A stretch of DNA of 43,872 nt, taken from the NCBI RefSeq assembly GCF_001194135.2, contig NC_069000.1:43012632-43056503 (forward strand). Reading direction: 5' to 3'. Source of the DNA: Octopus bimaculoides. Lineage: Eukaryota. A program made the position numbers and the translations under genes. Below the pieces are notes generated by a model. The model was given only the letters and a program-made list of their open reading frames with translations, was not told the DNA's origin and made no database searches. Below are positions 11,453 to 22,808 of this stretch, one piece after another; position 1 is the stretch's first letter, and each line of letters opens with the position of its first letter.

Positions 11453-12328
11453 TAAGTTCACATTAAATATGTAGTCACTGCGCATCTATATTGGGGCCGA
11501 AACGTGAACGAATGAATGAGATCGTCTCTTGAATGCCGGGTCCTTATTACATCTGTCTATCTCTGCATTCATGTATATCCGAGTACCGAGTACAGATACA
11601 CGTGTCTTCATTAAGACTCGGTCCTTCATCATCGTCTTTTCTTTTTGGTGTTTATAAAGACTGTTATTGCATATCCTTCTGCACCCAATCCCCATTCGTT
11701 CCTTCTTCTTCTTTTACCCTCTTTCTTTCTCTACTCTTCGCCATTACAGCCATTAGCGCCACGTTTGTCCTTCAATTGTCTTCTTTTTTTCTTTTTTTTT
11801 TTTATCTGCTGCAGTATTTTGTAATCGTAGGCTAACATACTAGAGGAACATTAATGATTAATCATTAAAAATGTATCGAGAGAGAGAGAAACAAGAGCTT
11901 AAGACAAGCTTAATGAAGGAACGTTGGTAAGTACAACATTATTTCAACAACTAGACAACAATTATGGATGCGTGTGTCGATCGTGACTCTGTCTATGTGA
12001 TTGCGTCTATGTGTCTGTATGTGGGTATGAGTGTGTTTATGTCAGAGAGAGGAAGAGACGGAGAACGAGAGCTCAGACTGGCCTCTTTTCTTTTTTCTGT
12101 GTGCATAATTTTACGCTTATATTCTGTTACTATGCATATTTATGAAGGCTACCGCGTGAGCATGTGTGTGTGTAATCCCTTGGTTGTATCCGTATGTATG
12201 TATGTATGTATGTATTAATGTGTGTGTATGCAGTTACATAAGCATAGCTATCCATTTATGTATGTCTGTCTGTCTATCTACATGTCTACATACAAATCAA
12301 TACATACACACAGAAACACACACACACA

Positions 12329-12716
12329 ATTTCAAAGGGGCCAGCCTTGTTACACTCTGTGTCACGTTGAATCTCGCTGAGAACTACGTTAAGAGTACAC
12401 GGGTCTGTGGAGGGAGGCGGCGAGCTGGCAGAATCGTTAGCACGCCGGCCGAAATGCTTAACGTTATTTCGTCTGCCGCTACGTTCTGAGTTCAATTTCC
12501 GCCGAGGTCGCCTTTGCCTTTCATCTTTTCGGGGTCGATTAAATAAGTACCATTTACGCATTGGAGTCGATGCAATTGACTTAATCCCTTTGTCTGTTCT
12601 TGTTTGTCCCCTCTATGTGTAGCTCCTTCTGGGCAATACAGAAATAAATTTCACGAGCAAGCTGTTTCTGTTGATCGTATAAGCTGGGACGCTCGTCGTC
12701 GTAACCGAGAGAGTGC
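12329..12716 (+). mobile_element. SINE S3 3' portion split by the S2 insertion
   Basis: 12329-12412 and 12647-12716 match consecutive parts of 22645-22800. Confidence 0.8.
12413..12646 (+). mobile_element. tRNA-headed SINE, family S2 (full length), nested in an S3 copy
   Basis: GGCGGCGAGCTGGCAGAATCGTTAGCACGCC...GAGTTCAATTTCCGCCGAGGTCG...GGGGTCGAT; matches the reverse complement of 36205-36434. Confidence 0.85.
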
Positions 12717-13319
12717 TCCTATATATATATATATATATATATAGTTTTGGCGATGCATACAGGAAAACGAACCTAATAACTTGAATATATATTTACATCT
12801 TTTCATTGGTAATCGGCAGATGTTGAATTTTTTAAAAACACCTTTGTATATGTATGTATGTACGTGCGTGAATATGCGTGTTTTCATAAATAAGCACACA
12901 CACACAAATACACACACGTATCTTCATGTGCGTGCGTGTATGTATGTTTTAATTAATTTTACTCATGTTCATCTTTCTATTTCTCACTTTCTTATCTGTC
13001 TGTTCGTCTGTCTGCTTGTCTGTCTCTCTGCTTGTCTGTCTGTCTGCCTATCAGTTCTTTCTAAGAACATGTCTAATTATATCTCTTCAGAATCCTTGCT
13101 TTCGTATCTTCTCACATCCCTCCCTACCTGCTGTTGTCTCTCTCTCTCTCTCTGTCTCTAAGTTTCTCTCTTTCCGTCTTCCCTTCCCTCTCGTCTCTTT
13201 CTCTGTCTGTGTGTCCTCACCATTGTTTTCTGCCTAATTATTGCTACAAAAAACAAACACAGCAAACAACTCGAAACCGACCAAACCTACGCAGTCAATT
13301 GCATTTTTACCAGCAACAC

Positions 13320-13645
13320 TGCCACCACTACCACCATCACCACCACCACCACCACAACCACAACAGCAACAACAACACAACCGACATCTCCAGAATCAGC
13401 ACCACTACCAACATCACAACCATCACCTCCACCACTATCATGAACTTCACCACTACTCCACCACCACCACGATCAACATTATAAGTAACAGATCTACGAC
13501 AACTACCACCACCAACAACAACCCCAACAATAAAATAAACCACCCTGATCACTACTACAATAAACGAACCACCCTCCAGCACTATCACCCTCATCATCAT
13601 CATCATTATAATCATCATTATCACCACGATAACTACTGCCACTGA

Positions 13646-13676
<31 letters not shown>

Positions 13677-13745
13677 GCCATCATCATCATCATCATAATC
13701 ATCATCACCATCAGCATCACTATTACCGCCANNNNNNNNNNCTTC

Positions 13746-13777
<32 letters not shown>

Positions 13778-13778
13778 C

Positions 13779-13829
<51 letters not shown>

Positions 13830-13880
13830 GTCATCATCGTCATCGTCTTATCCGTTGTCGTCGTCGTCGTCATTTTCAAT
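13320..13880. repeat. Degenerate (CAC/CAA)n to (CAT/CGT)n trinucleotide array
   Basis: Direct reading; source of the poly-His/Met/Thr ORFs. Confidence 0.9.
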
Positions 13881-14210
13881 CTACGGTAAGGTCATTATTT
13901 TCAATAACGCCATCGGGACCGTCATTATCATCCATCTTCTTCTCCCAAACACCACCCCTCCCGTCCCCCATTCCCTCCTCAGCGACGACTGCATGGTCGT
14001 TATCATCACCACCACCACCAACTGTCTTCCCTGATAAACTGCAATAAATATATCAATAATAGAAATGATCTAACATACGGAATTACAACAACAACAATAG
14101 CAACAATGCATTGAAGAATTTTGAATGTCAGAAACGGTAACGAAGACAAATAGACACTTAAACGAAACACACACACCTTTATTATTATTATTATTATCAT
14201 TATTATTATT

Positions 14211-14664
14211 TTATATTCGATTTTTGCTTTGCATTTGTAGACGTTGACTACAAGTCTCACCCAGAGACCTCAAGAGACAACAAGTTAGCAGTTCATGTTG
14301 GTGTTATGCCTAGGGTGTCATATATTTGGTTTTGTACATAATAGTGTTTTAGAGAATGTTTAAGAAAACATAAGAAAATTATGCGTGTGTTTTATAACTT
14401 GAGATTGCATAGACAGTATTTTACGTAGGATATAGGCAGTTCGCATGGGAACTATCTTTTGAATTTCTGTCATTTTGAGGTTTCCTGGTATCTGAGCTAG
14501 GTAGAAATCAACCCCTTTTGCTATCATTCCTAGGGTACCTGTGACAACAGGTATTGTTTTAGACTTGAGGTTCCTTCATTTTGCCAATTTCTATTTTAAG
14601 ATCTTTATTATTGCTCAGTGTTTGGTAGCTCTTGACAGATACGATTATATCGATTGGGACAGTC

Positions 14665-14666
<2 letters not shown>
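14211..14666 (-). mobile_element. 5'-truncated R4/Dong-like LINE (family D)
   Basis: Minus translation MTVPIDIIVSVKSYQTLSNNKDLKIEIGKM-fs-LKSKTIPVVTGTLGMIAKG...EIQKIV-fs-TAYILRKILS, followed by a 3' UTR and an (AAT)n tail at 14179-14211. Confidence 0.8.
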
Positions 14667-14730
<64 letters not shown>

Positions 14731-14731
<1 letters not shown>

Positions 14732-15095
14732 TTCAAAATACAAAGACCTGGAAATACAGGAAACTCGAATGTGGAATCTAAAAAAAGAAACAATTCCTAN
14801 NNNNNNNNNNNNNNNNNNNNNNNNNNNNNNNNNNNNNNNNNNNNNNNNNNNNNNNNNNNNNNNNNNNNNNNNNNNNNNNNNNNNNNNNNNNNNNNNNNNN
14901 NNNNNNNNNNNNNNNNNNNNNNNNNNNNNNNNNNNNNNNNNNNNNNNNNNNNNNNNNNNNNNNNNNNNNNNNNNNNNNNNNNNNNNNNNNNNNNNNNNNN
15001 NNNNNNNNNNNNNNNNNNNNNNNNNNNNNNNNNNNNNNNNNNNNCTGCGCTCGGTAGTGAAGTGAAAGCACGTTATAAAAATAAAACTACTGAAC
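14731..15095 (+). mobile_element. 5'-truncated R4/Dong-like LINE (family B), interior lost in the N-gap 14800-15044
   Basis: SKYKDLEIQETRMWNLKKETIP before the gap; the post-gap 3' UTR (CTGCGCTCGGTAGTGAAGTGAAAGCACGTTATAAAAATAAAACTACTGAA) is identical to the 43594-43819 copy; (AAT)n on both sides. Confidence 0.85.
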
Positions 15096-15200
<105 letters not shown>

Positions 15201-15246
15201 CATTATTATTATTATTATTATTATTATTGCCATTATTATTATTATT

Positions 15247-15340
15247 AAGGCGGTGAGCTGGTAGAATTGTTAACACGCCTAGCGAAATGCGTAGCGGCAC
15301 TTCGTCCGTTTTCATTTTTTGAGTTCAAATTCCGCCGAGG
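15247..15340 (+). mobile_element. SINE S2 5' fragment
   Basis: AAGGCGGTGAGCTGGTAGAATTGTTAACACGCC...GAGTTCAAATTCCGCCGAGG. Confidence 0.8.
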
Positions 15341-15614
15341 TGCCAAGGATTCTGCCAGAGTACCACCTCAATGATGATGATGATGATGATGATGATGATA
15401 CAAGAATAGGCCAGCGATCAGAACAGTAACAATAACAGAAACGACGATAATGGTTGTAACACAAAGAAAACGACCAACACAAGCTACAACATACGACAAC
15501 AAATGGAATGAATGTAAAACGCGATACAACGACAAAGAGAGATGTAAGAATTTGTGTAGGAATGGGGAAGGAAAAGAATCAGTCGATTTGGTATGTTTGT
15601 GTGTGAGTGTGTGG

Positions 15615-15670
<56 letters not shown>

Positions 15671-16394
15671 CAGCGTAAAATGGTGTGGAATTGTGTATAT
15701 ATGAGATGTATGTTTGTATGTCTTTTAGGTGTATACACACACACACACACACACACACANNNNNNNNNNNNNNNNNNNNNNNNNNNNNNNNNNNNNNNNN
15801 NNNNNNNNNNNNNNNNNNNNNNNNNNNNNNNNNNNNNNNNNNNNNNNNNNNNNNNNNNNNNNNNNNNNNNNNNNNNNNNNNNNNNNNNNNNNNNNNNNNN
15901 NNNNNNNNNNNNNNNNNNNNNNNNNNNNNNNNNNNNNNNNNNNNNNNNNNNNNNNNNNNNNNNNNNNNNNNNNNNNNNNNNNNNNNNNNNNNNNNNNNNN
16001 NNNNNNNNNNNNNNNNNNNNNNNNNNNNNNNNNNNNNNNNNNNNNNNNNNNNNNNNNNNNNNNNNNNNNNNNNNNNNNNNNNNNNNNNNNNNNNNNNNNN
16101 NNNNNNNNNNNNNNNNNNNNNNNNNNNNNNNNNNNNNNNNNNNNNNNNNNNNNNNNNNNNNNNNNNNNNNNNNNNNNNNNNNNNNNNNNNNNNNNNNNNN
16201 NNNNNNNNNNNNNNNNNNNNNNNNNNNNNNNNNNNNNNNNNNNNNNNNNNNNNNNNNNNNNNNNNNNNNNNNNNNNNNNNNNNNNNNNNNNNNNNNNNNN
16301 NNNNNNNNNNNNNNNNNNNNNNNNNNNNNNNNNNNNNNNNNNNNNNNNNNNNNNNNNNNNNNNNNCTTGTATACATACATTGATATATACATAC

Positions 16395-16474
<80 letters not shown>

Positions 16475-16486
16475 ATAATAATAATG

Positions 16487-16515
<29 letters not shown>

Positions 16516-16518
<3 letters not shown>

Positions 16519-16776
16519 GAGTATGGAGACGTGTACATCCACAAATTTCTTTTGTAGTTATATGCAGCGTATTATAATGACCTACACGTGTTTCTGCTGC
16601 AGCGACTATCCACTGTTCCAAATGCAGCCTTGTGATATTGTCAGTGCAGCTTCATCAGGGTCCGTTCATTTGGTCATTCTTCGAGGATGGTCATTAGAAT
16701 ATGCAATAGTTCATTATAATATGCTGTGTATAACTATAAAATAAATTTTGTGAATGTATAAATCTTCATACTCTTT
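16516..16776. mobile_element. Fold-back unit with ~66-bp inverted arms enclosing the hammerhead (probable Penelope-like inverted pLTR structure)
   Basis: Arms 16516-16580 and 16711-16776 align as inverted repeats at 55/66 positions by manual count; both outer ends abut (AAT)/(ATT) tracts. Confidence 0.6.
16579..16662 (-). ncRNA. Type I hammerhead ribozyme motif with extended stem II and palindromic stem III
   Basis: Minus strand reads GACC-CUGAUGA-A-GCUGCA-(43 nt, partly paired)-UGCAGC-A-GAAAC-ACGUGU-A/GGUC: 4-bp stem I, 6-bp stem II, palindrome ACACGUGU, GUA triplet (cut between 16583 and 16582). Confidence 0.75.
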
Positions 16777-17451
16777 GTTATTATTAATATTTATACACAT
16801 TCAAGACAATTTTTACTGTCCAGCGAAAAGGAGGCGGAATTACTCAGTGAAAGAATTCACGGAGAGACTAACAACTAAATGCAGTCTTAGACATTAGATA
16901 ATGATTGCCGTGGTTAGCCGTTAACTGGAACTTAATTGAGATGCATACCTGTCCGAGGAAGCATTTACACGCGAAATTACACCGATCCTCATATATTTAT
17001 ACGTAGGAAGAGATTAACAATCTCATTTAGTAACAGGTGAGTGAAGACCAGATTTTGCCTGTTTTAATGGCACAAAATTTGAAACAAACTGTGACATATG
17101 TTAAGCGGAGTTTAGAAGTATTGTGCAATGGTTTCAACTGACGAAGAACCATCGAATAATATTTCTAAAGTTTGCAAGCAATCGCGTGTCAAAATTCATA
17201 AAATCGCTTTTAAGTAATTGAAAAGAGACTTAGGGAGCAACTAATTTTGACGGCAATGAATTTTGACTGGAATTCCTGCTTTATTGACAGACGTTTCTCT
17301 TTGAGTATTTTCGAACCTCCCCAAGAGATCAAACGCCCGGATTAATATAAATAAACTGTGAGCAGAAAAGGAATAAAAAAGCACCCAGGTCGAATTGCCT
17401 TTGACAGCCATGTTATAGGTAAAATGGTAAAAAAAAAAAACGCTTGCCATT

Positions 17452-17489
<38 letters not shown>

Positions 17490-18948
17490 TGCACACATAC
17501 ATATATATATATGCACACATACATATATACGCATACATATGTGTACATATATGCCTCTGTGTGTATACATATACGTATATAATACAATCAGTCAGTTTGC
17601 CCATATTCAAAAACAATAAACGCGCCGGTGTAGACATGGCGGATTTTGTATTTGAATGTATGTGTATTTCCCAATTTACGCGCCACTCTAAGCCTATCTT
17701 TCTCCCCATCTCCGCCTCTCTCTCTCTCTTTATATATTGCATGTATGTATGTATGTATGTATGTATGTATGCATTGGTCTCTATATCGCTTTGTATGCCT
17801 TAAAGTATTGACTTTATTAGCAACACAAAACTACGCAAAAAAATGAATGTCAAATTGATATCATATATTATTATTTGTTGAGGTCTGATAGCTTTTCTAG
17901 CAGATTTAACTTCTGTGATACTTTATTGTTCATAATTTGTGAGTGTTCCTTGAATATGACATTTTCAAACCAGCACTTTAACGGATTCTTTTCAATCAAT
18001 TTTATTACTCTAGGGAAAAGTCTGAAAAGAGTAAAAGACAAAACAAGAAGGCGGGAAGAATCGTAATAAACTGCGATGTAGAAACCGGCATATATGCATG
18101 TTACATGTATATATATATACATATATANNNNNNNNNNNNNNNNNNNNNNNNNNNNNNNNNNNNNNNNNNNNNNNNNNNNNNNNNNNNNNNNNNNNNNNNN
18201 NNNNNNNNNNNNNNNNNNNNNNNNNNNNNNNNNNNNNNNNNNNNNNNNNNNNNNNNNNNNNNNNNNNNNNNNNNNNNNNNNNNNNNNNNNNNNNNNNNNN
18301 NNNNNNNNNNNNNNNNNNNNNNNNNNNNNNNNNNNNNNNNNNNNNNNNNNNNNNNNNNNNNNNNNNNNNNNNNNNNNNNNNNNNNNNNNNNNNNNNNNNN
18401 NNNNNNNNNNNNNNNNNNNNNNNNNNNNNNNNNNNNNNNNNNNNNNNNNNNNNNNNNNNNNNNNNNNNNNNNNNNNNNNNNNNNNNNNNNNNNNNNNNNN
18501 NNNNNNNNNNNNNNNNNNNNNNNNNNNNNNNNNNNNNNNNNNNNNNNNNNNNNNNNNNNNNNNNNNNNNNNNNNNNNNNNNNNNNNNNNNNNNNNNNNNN
18601 NNNNNNNNNNNNNNNNNNNNNNNNNNNNNNNNNNNNNNNNNNNNNNNNNNNNNNNNNNNNNNNNNNNNNNNNNNNNNNNNNNNNNNNNNNNNNNNNNNNN
18701 NNNNNNNNNNNNNNNNNNNNNNNNNNNNNNNNNNNNNNNNNNNNNNNNNNNNNNNNNNNNNNNNNNNNNNNNNNNNNNNNNNNNNNNNNNNNNNNNNNNN
18801 NNNNNNNNNNNNNNNNNNNNNNNNNNNNNNNNNNNNNNNNNNNNNNNNNNNNNNNNNNNNNNNNNNNNNNNNNNNNNNNNNNNNNNNNNNNNNNNNNNNN
18901 NNNNNNNNNNNNNNNNNNNNNNNNNNNNNNNNNNNNNNNNNNNNNNNN

Positions 18949-18990
<42 letters not shown>

Positions 18991-19809
18991 CGGACTTCTT
19001 GCAGATTTTATATATATACACACACACATATGCATGCCTATGTGTATGTGTGCATTTGTGTGTCTGTGTTTGTCACCCTACTATCGCTTGATAATCGATG
19101 GTGGTGTGTTTATATTTGAAGCCTTGTTATGTTTGATAGATATTACAGGCTCGACGAAGTCACATACAAAGTACCAGGACATATCAGAGGCTATATTTGG
19201 AAACTTTCATGACTCAATAGTGAGCAAAGACCACTCCATTGCATTAATATTAATCGCTGAGATATCCAGCTGGAAACATAGGCTCTATCGATGCTTATAA
19301 CGGAGAAAGATTCGCAGCGCGGCGTGATGAAATGCATCTCTTCTCCGCCAACTTTAAAAAAAAATGGAGTTATCTTCAATGTGATCTTTTGTCATTACAG
19401 TTTACCGTATTTTCACCCAAGAAACCAACTATTTTATCGCCCAAACTATATAGAAACAAACCCATTTCATCGTTGTTATCTTGTTTCACACGAGTAAGAT
19501 ATCTTCCAGGCTGGTAAATAAATTTATCAAAGGTCTCTGCTGAATTATCCTTTAACAGAGGTGCGTTGATTCGTATTCATCACATTGTTGATTATATTAT
19601 CATGTCATGTGTGAGAATTGCTTGCTGTAATGCGTAATTTCAAGAAGTCAATACCAAGCCATAGTCGCATTTCACACTTCAGATGATGCCGACTAACCAA
19701 GTAGGTGGATTCGTCATTTACAACAAATGACATCATCCATCTCGTCTCAATACGCTTGAGCACAGAGCACTCCTATTCTCAGATATTTTTACCATTCATT
19801 TAATCTTTT

Positions 19810-20060
19810 CGCGTGTTTCACTCATTGGATTACGGCCAAGGTGGGGGGACTGCGGCCAAGGTGAGGTACAGCGTTTAATCGTACAGCTTGACACCAATGT
19901 TTTATTTTATTTTATATTTTCAAGTTATATTATTATTACTTTTTGTATCTTCTGCAGAACTGCTATGTTATAGGGTCACGAACAAACCATCACCGGTTGT
20001 CAAACAAAAGGGATGCAAATAGACAGCCACGCACACTCAATACACACACACACATACAGA
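19810..20060 (-). mobile_element. SINE S1 3' half, degenerate
   Basis: ACTGCGGCCAAGGTG (locally duplicated) and CACCGGTTGTCAA motifs correspond to the S1 3' region. Confidence 0.55.
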
Positions 20061-20934
20061 GAGAGAGGGGGGGGCACATACCTACATTGATGATATACTA
20101 AGAGATCCCGCACTAGTTGGTCTGAGCTATAATAAAAGACACGGCCCACGGGGGAACTGATATCAAAACGTTATCGTCTACGAAATCCATTCCCAGGGCA
20201 TTTGTCCATTCTTCCATTATTCCATTAACAGTGGAAAAGCACTTGCTCAAAGTGCCACCCAATGTGACTGGACGCGAAACCACATGCTCTCGCTCATCAA
20301 TTCCATTCAGAAAGTACTGTTCCATTATTCTTCGGCCCAGAGCTGTAATAGTAGGAAACACTTTCTATATGCAGCGAGCGATGTGACATCATGAGATTGC
20401 GAAGCGAAACCACGAGATTCCGAAACCACGACAAACAACGAGATTGCAAAGTGAACTCTTTAACCGCACAACGATGCCTCCGATTTTGAATAATTAGCAT
20501 AAAATTATCGAAGACAATTATCGATCAACTAATACTAAAACCAAAACCTATCAGCATTGTATGATCTTGTGGACTTAGCAAAGCTTTCAAAGTCAGCAAT
20601 CAAACATGGCGGACATACATTTTCACCTTTCTAACGTTTATTCATATTTTTTTTTCTTCGATTACTACCAATCAGATTAATATCATGGCGCCTTAACTTT
20701 TTGTTTTTATTGTAGTTATCGCTGTTGTTGTTTTCGTTTTCTAGTTGTTGTTGTTGTTATGGTAGTTGTTGCATTTTTTTCTTTTGTTTTTGGTTTTGTG
20801 ATTGCGTGTATGTTCTCTTTTTACCTTCTAGCCTATGTTATCCATTTCCGGTCAATGCATTTTGCGATCGAACTGACATTTTCATAAACTTTAATTATTT
20901 ACTTCAAAGTGATTCGGTCGGCAATTGAAGGATT

Positions 20935-21050
20935 AGTAACAACAATAACAACAACAATAACAACAACAATAACAACAATAACAACAACAAAATCATTAAT
21001 TCTCGTCATCGTCATCATCATTCACACTGTTGTTGTTGTAGTTGTTGTTC

Positions 21051-21108
<58 letters not shown>

Positions 21109-21245
21109 CATCATCATTATTATTATCATCATGATCATCATCATGTTTATCATCATCATCATCATCATCGTCGTCATCATCATCGTCATCATCGTCGTCA
21201 TCATCATCGTCATCATCGTCGTCATCATTATCGTCATCATCATTA
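20935..21245. repeat. Compound (AAC/AAT)n-(GTT)n-(ATT)n-(CAT/CGT)n microsatellite
   Basis: Direct reading. Confidence 0.95.
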
Positions 21246-21521
21246 TTAGTAGTAAGGCAGTAAGCTGGCGCTATCGTTAGCGCGCCGGGCGAGGTGGTCA
21301 TTGGTATTTCGTCTGCTGCTACGATGTGGTAACGATTTTGTGGGATCGCTTCCTTAACAATTATAATTATAGTAATTGTTTCAAATTTTAGTACAATGCC
21401 AACAAATGGGGAGAGGTTTGTTGATTATATCAACCCCAGTACATGACTGCCACTTGTTTTCATAAAAAGCATTGTCTATGTCGAGGGAATATGAATTCAA
21501 AACTTAAAGAGACGTAATCAA

Positions 21522-22013
21522 TGAATTTTATCATTGTTATAGGGTGAATTTTATCATTGTTATAGGGCGAATTTTATCATTGTTATAGGGTGAATTTTAT
21601 CATTGTTATAGGGTGAATTTTATCATTGTTATAGGGCGAATTTTATCATTGTTATAGAGCGAATTTTATCATTGTTATAGGGTGAATTTTATCATTGTTA
21701 TAGGGAGAATTTTATCATTGTTATAGGGCGAATTTTATCATTGTTATAGGGTGAATTTTATCATTGTTATAGGGTGAATTTTATCATTGTTATAGGGTGA
21801 ATTTTATCATTGTTATAGTGCGAATTTTATCATTGTTATAGGGTGAATTTTATCATTGTTATAGGGTGAATTTTATCATTGTTATAGGGTGAATTTTATT
21901 ATTGTTATAGGGTGAATTTTATCATTGTTATAGGGCGAATTTTATCATTGTTATAGGGTGAATTTTATCATTGTTATAGGGTGAATTTTATCATTGTTAT
22001 AGGGCGAATTTTA
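21522..22013. repeat. 23-bp minisatellite, 21 full units + 9 bp
   Basis: Consensus (T/C)GAATTTTATCATTGTTATAGGG; the first base varies T/C/A and there are only three other substitutions; no spacers. Confidence 0.98.
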
Positions 22014-22451
22014 GGAGATGCCTCGGAAGAGTGTGCGCTGTTTAAGTGGTTATTTAACTTAAAGGTGATTGCGTAAACTGTGTTCAGCTTCGACTGTGCT
22101 ATATATATTTTATGGGGTATTTTTGTTCGCTGTGTAAGGTGTGTTATATAGCCTCGGGGGAGATTTTGGAACAGTTTCCGTAGAATATTCTTTTTTTAAC
22201 TTGTTATAACCTCGTGGGGTCATTTTAAAGAGAAGTTTGTGAACAATGTTCGCTTTTCATGGTGTTATTTTACCTGGTTGTATTTGTGTAACGCTGTGTT
22301 CGTGTTGTGCATTATGCGGTCAGTTTTAGAATATTTCATGCATCAGTCGGTTATAAGCATAACTGACGAAATGTAGATTATGGACAGAAATCATTTTCAG
22401 GAATAGTGAGAAGAGGGTAAACGCTATTCTTTATGAGTTAGCTTATATTAT

Positions 22452-22808
22452 TTAGTGGTTAGGGCAGCGGACTCGCGGTCATAGGATCGCGGTTTCGATT
22501 CCCAGACCGGGCGTTGTGAGTGTTTATTGAGTGAAAACACATAAAGCTCCACGAGGCTCCGGCAGGGGATGGTGGCGAACCCTGCTGTACTCTTTCACCG
22601 CAACTTTCTCTCACTCTTACTTCCAGTTTCTGTTGTACCTGTATTTCAAAGGGTCAGCCTTGTCACACTGTGTCACGCTGGATATCCCCGAGAACTACAC
22701 GTGTCTGTGGAGTGCTCAGCCACTTGCACGTTAATTTCACGAGCAGGCTGTTCCGTTGATCGGATCAACTGGAACCTCCGACGTCGTAAGCGACGGAGTG
22801 CCAACAAT
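22452..22808 (+). mobile_element. tRNA-headed SINE, family S3 (near full length)
   Basis: Head TAGTGGTTAGGGC...GGTTTCGATTCCC; tail GTGCTCAGCCACTTGCACGTTAATTTCACGAGCAGGCTGTTCCGTTGATCGGATCAACTGG...GGAGTGCCAAC shared with other copies. Confidence 0.85.

Noticed and set aside
13241-13879. His/Thr/Met-rich ORFs (also 4032-4461, 20909-21301, 32873-33254)
   Set aside because: Translations of trinucleotide microsatellites, open on both strands and in several frames.
17007-17036. 30-nt candidate microexon (TAG acceptor, CAG/GTGAGT donor)
   Set aside because: Weak polypyrimidine tract, no recognisable peptide and no partner exons; RNA-seq would be needed.
21522-22013. CRISPR-like array
   Set aside because: Units are contiguous with no spacers, there are no cas genes, and the context is eukaryotic.
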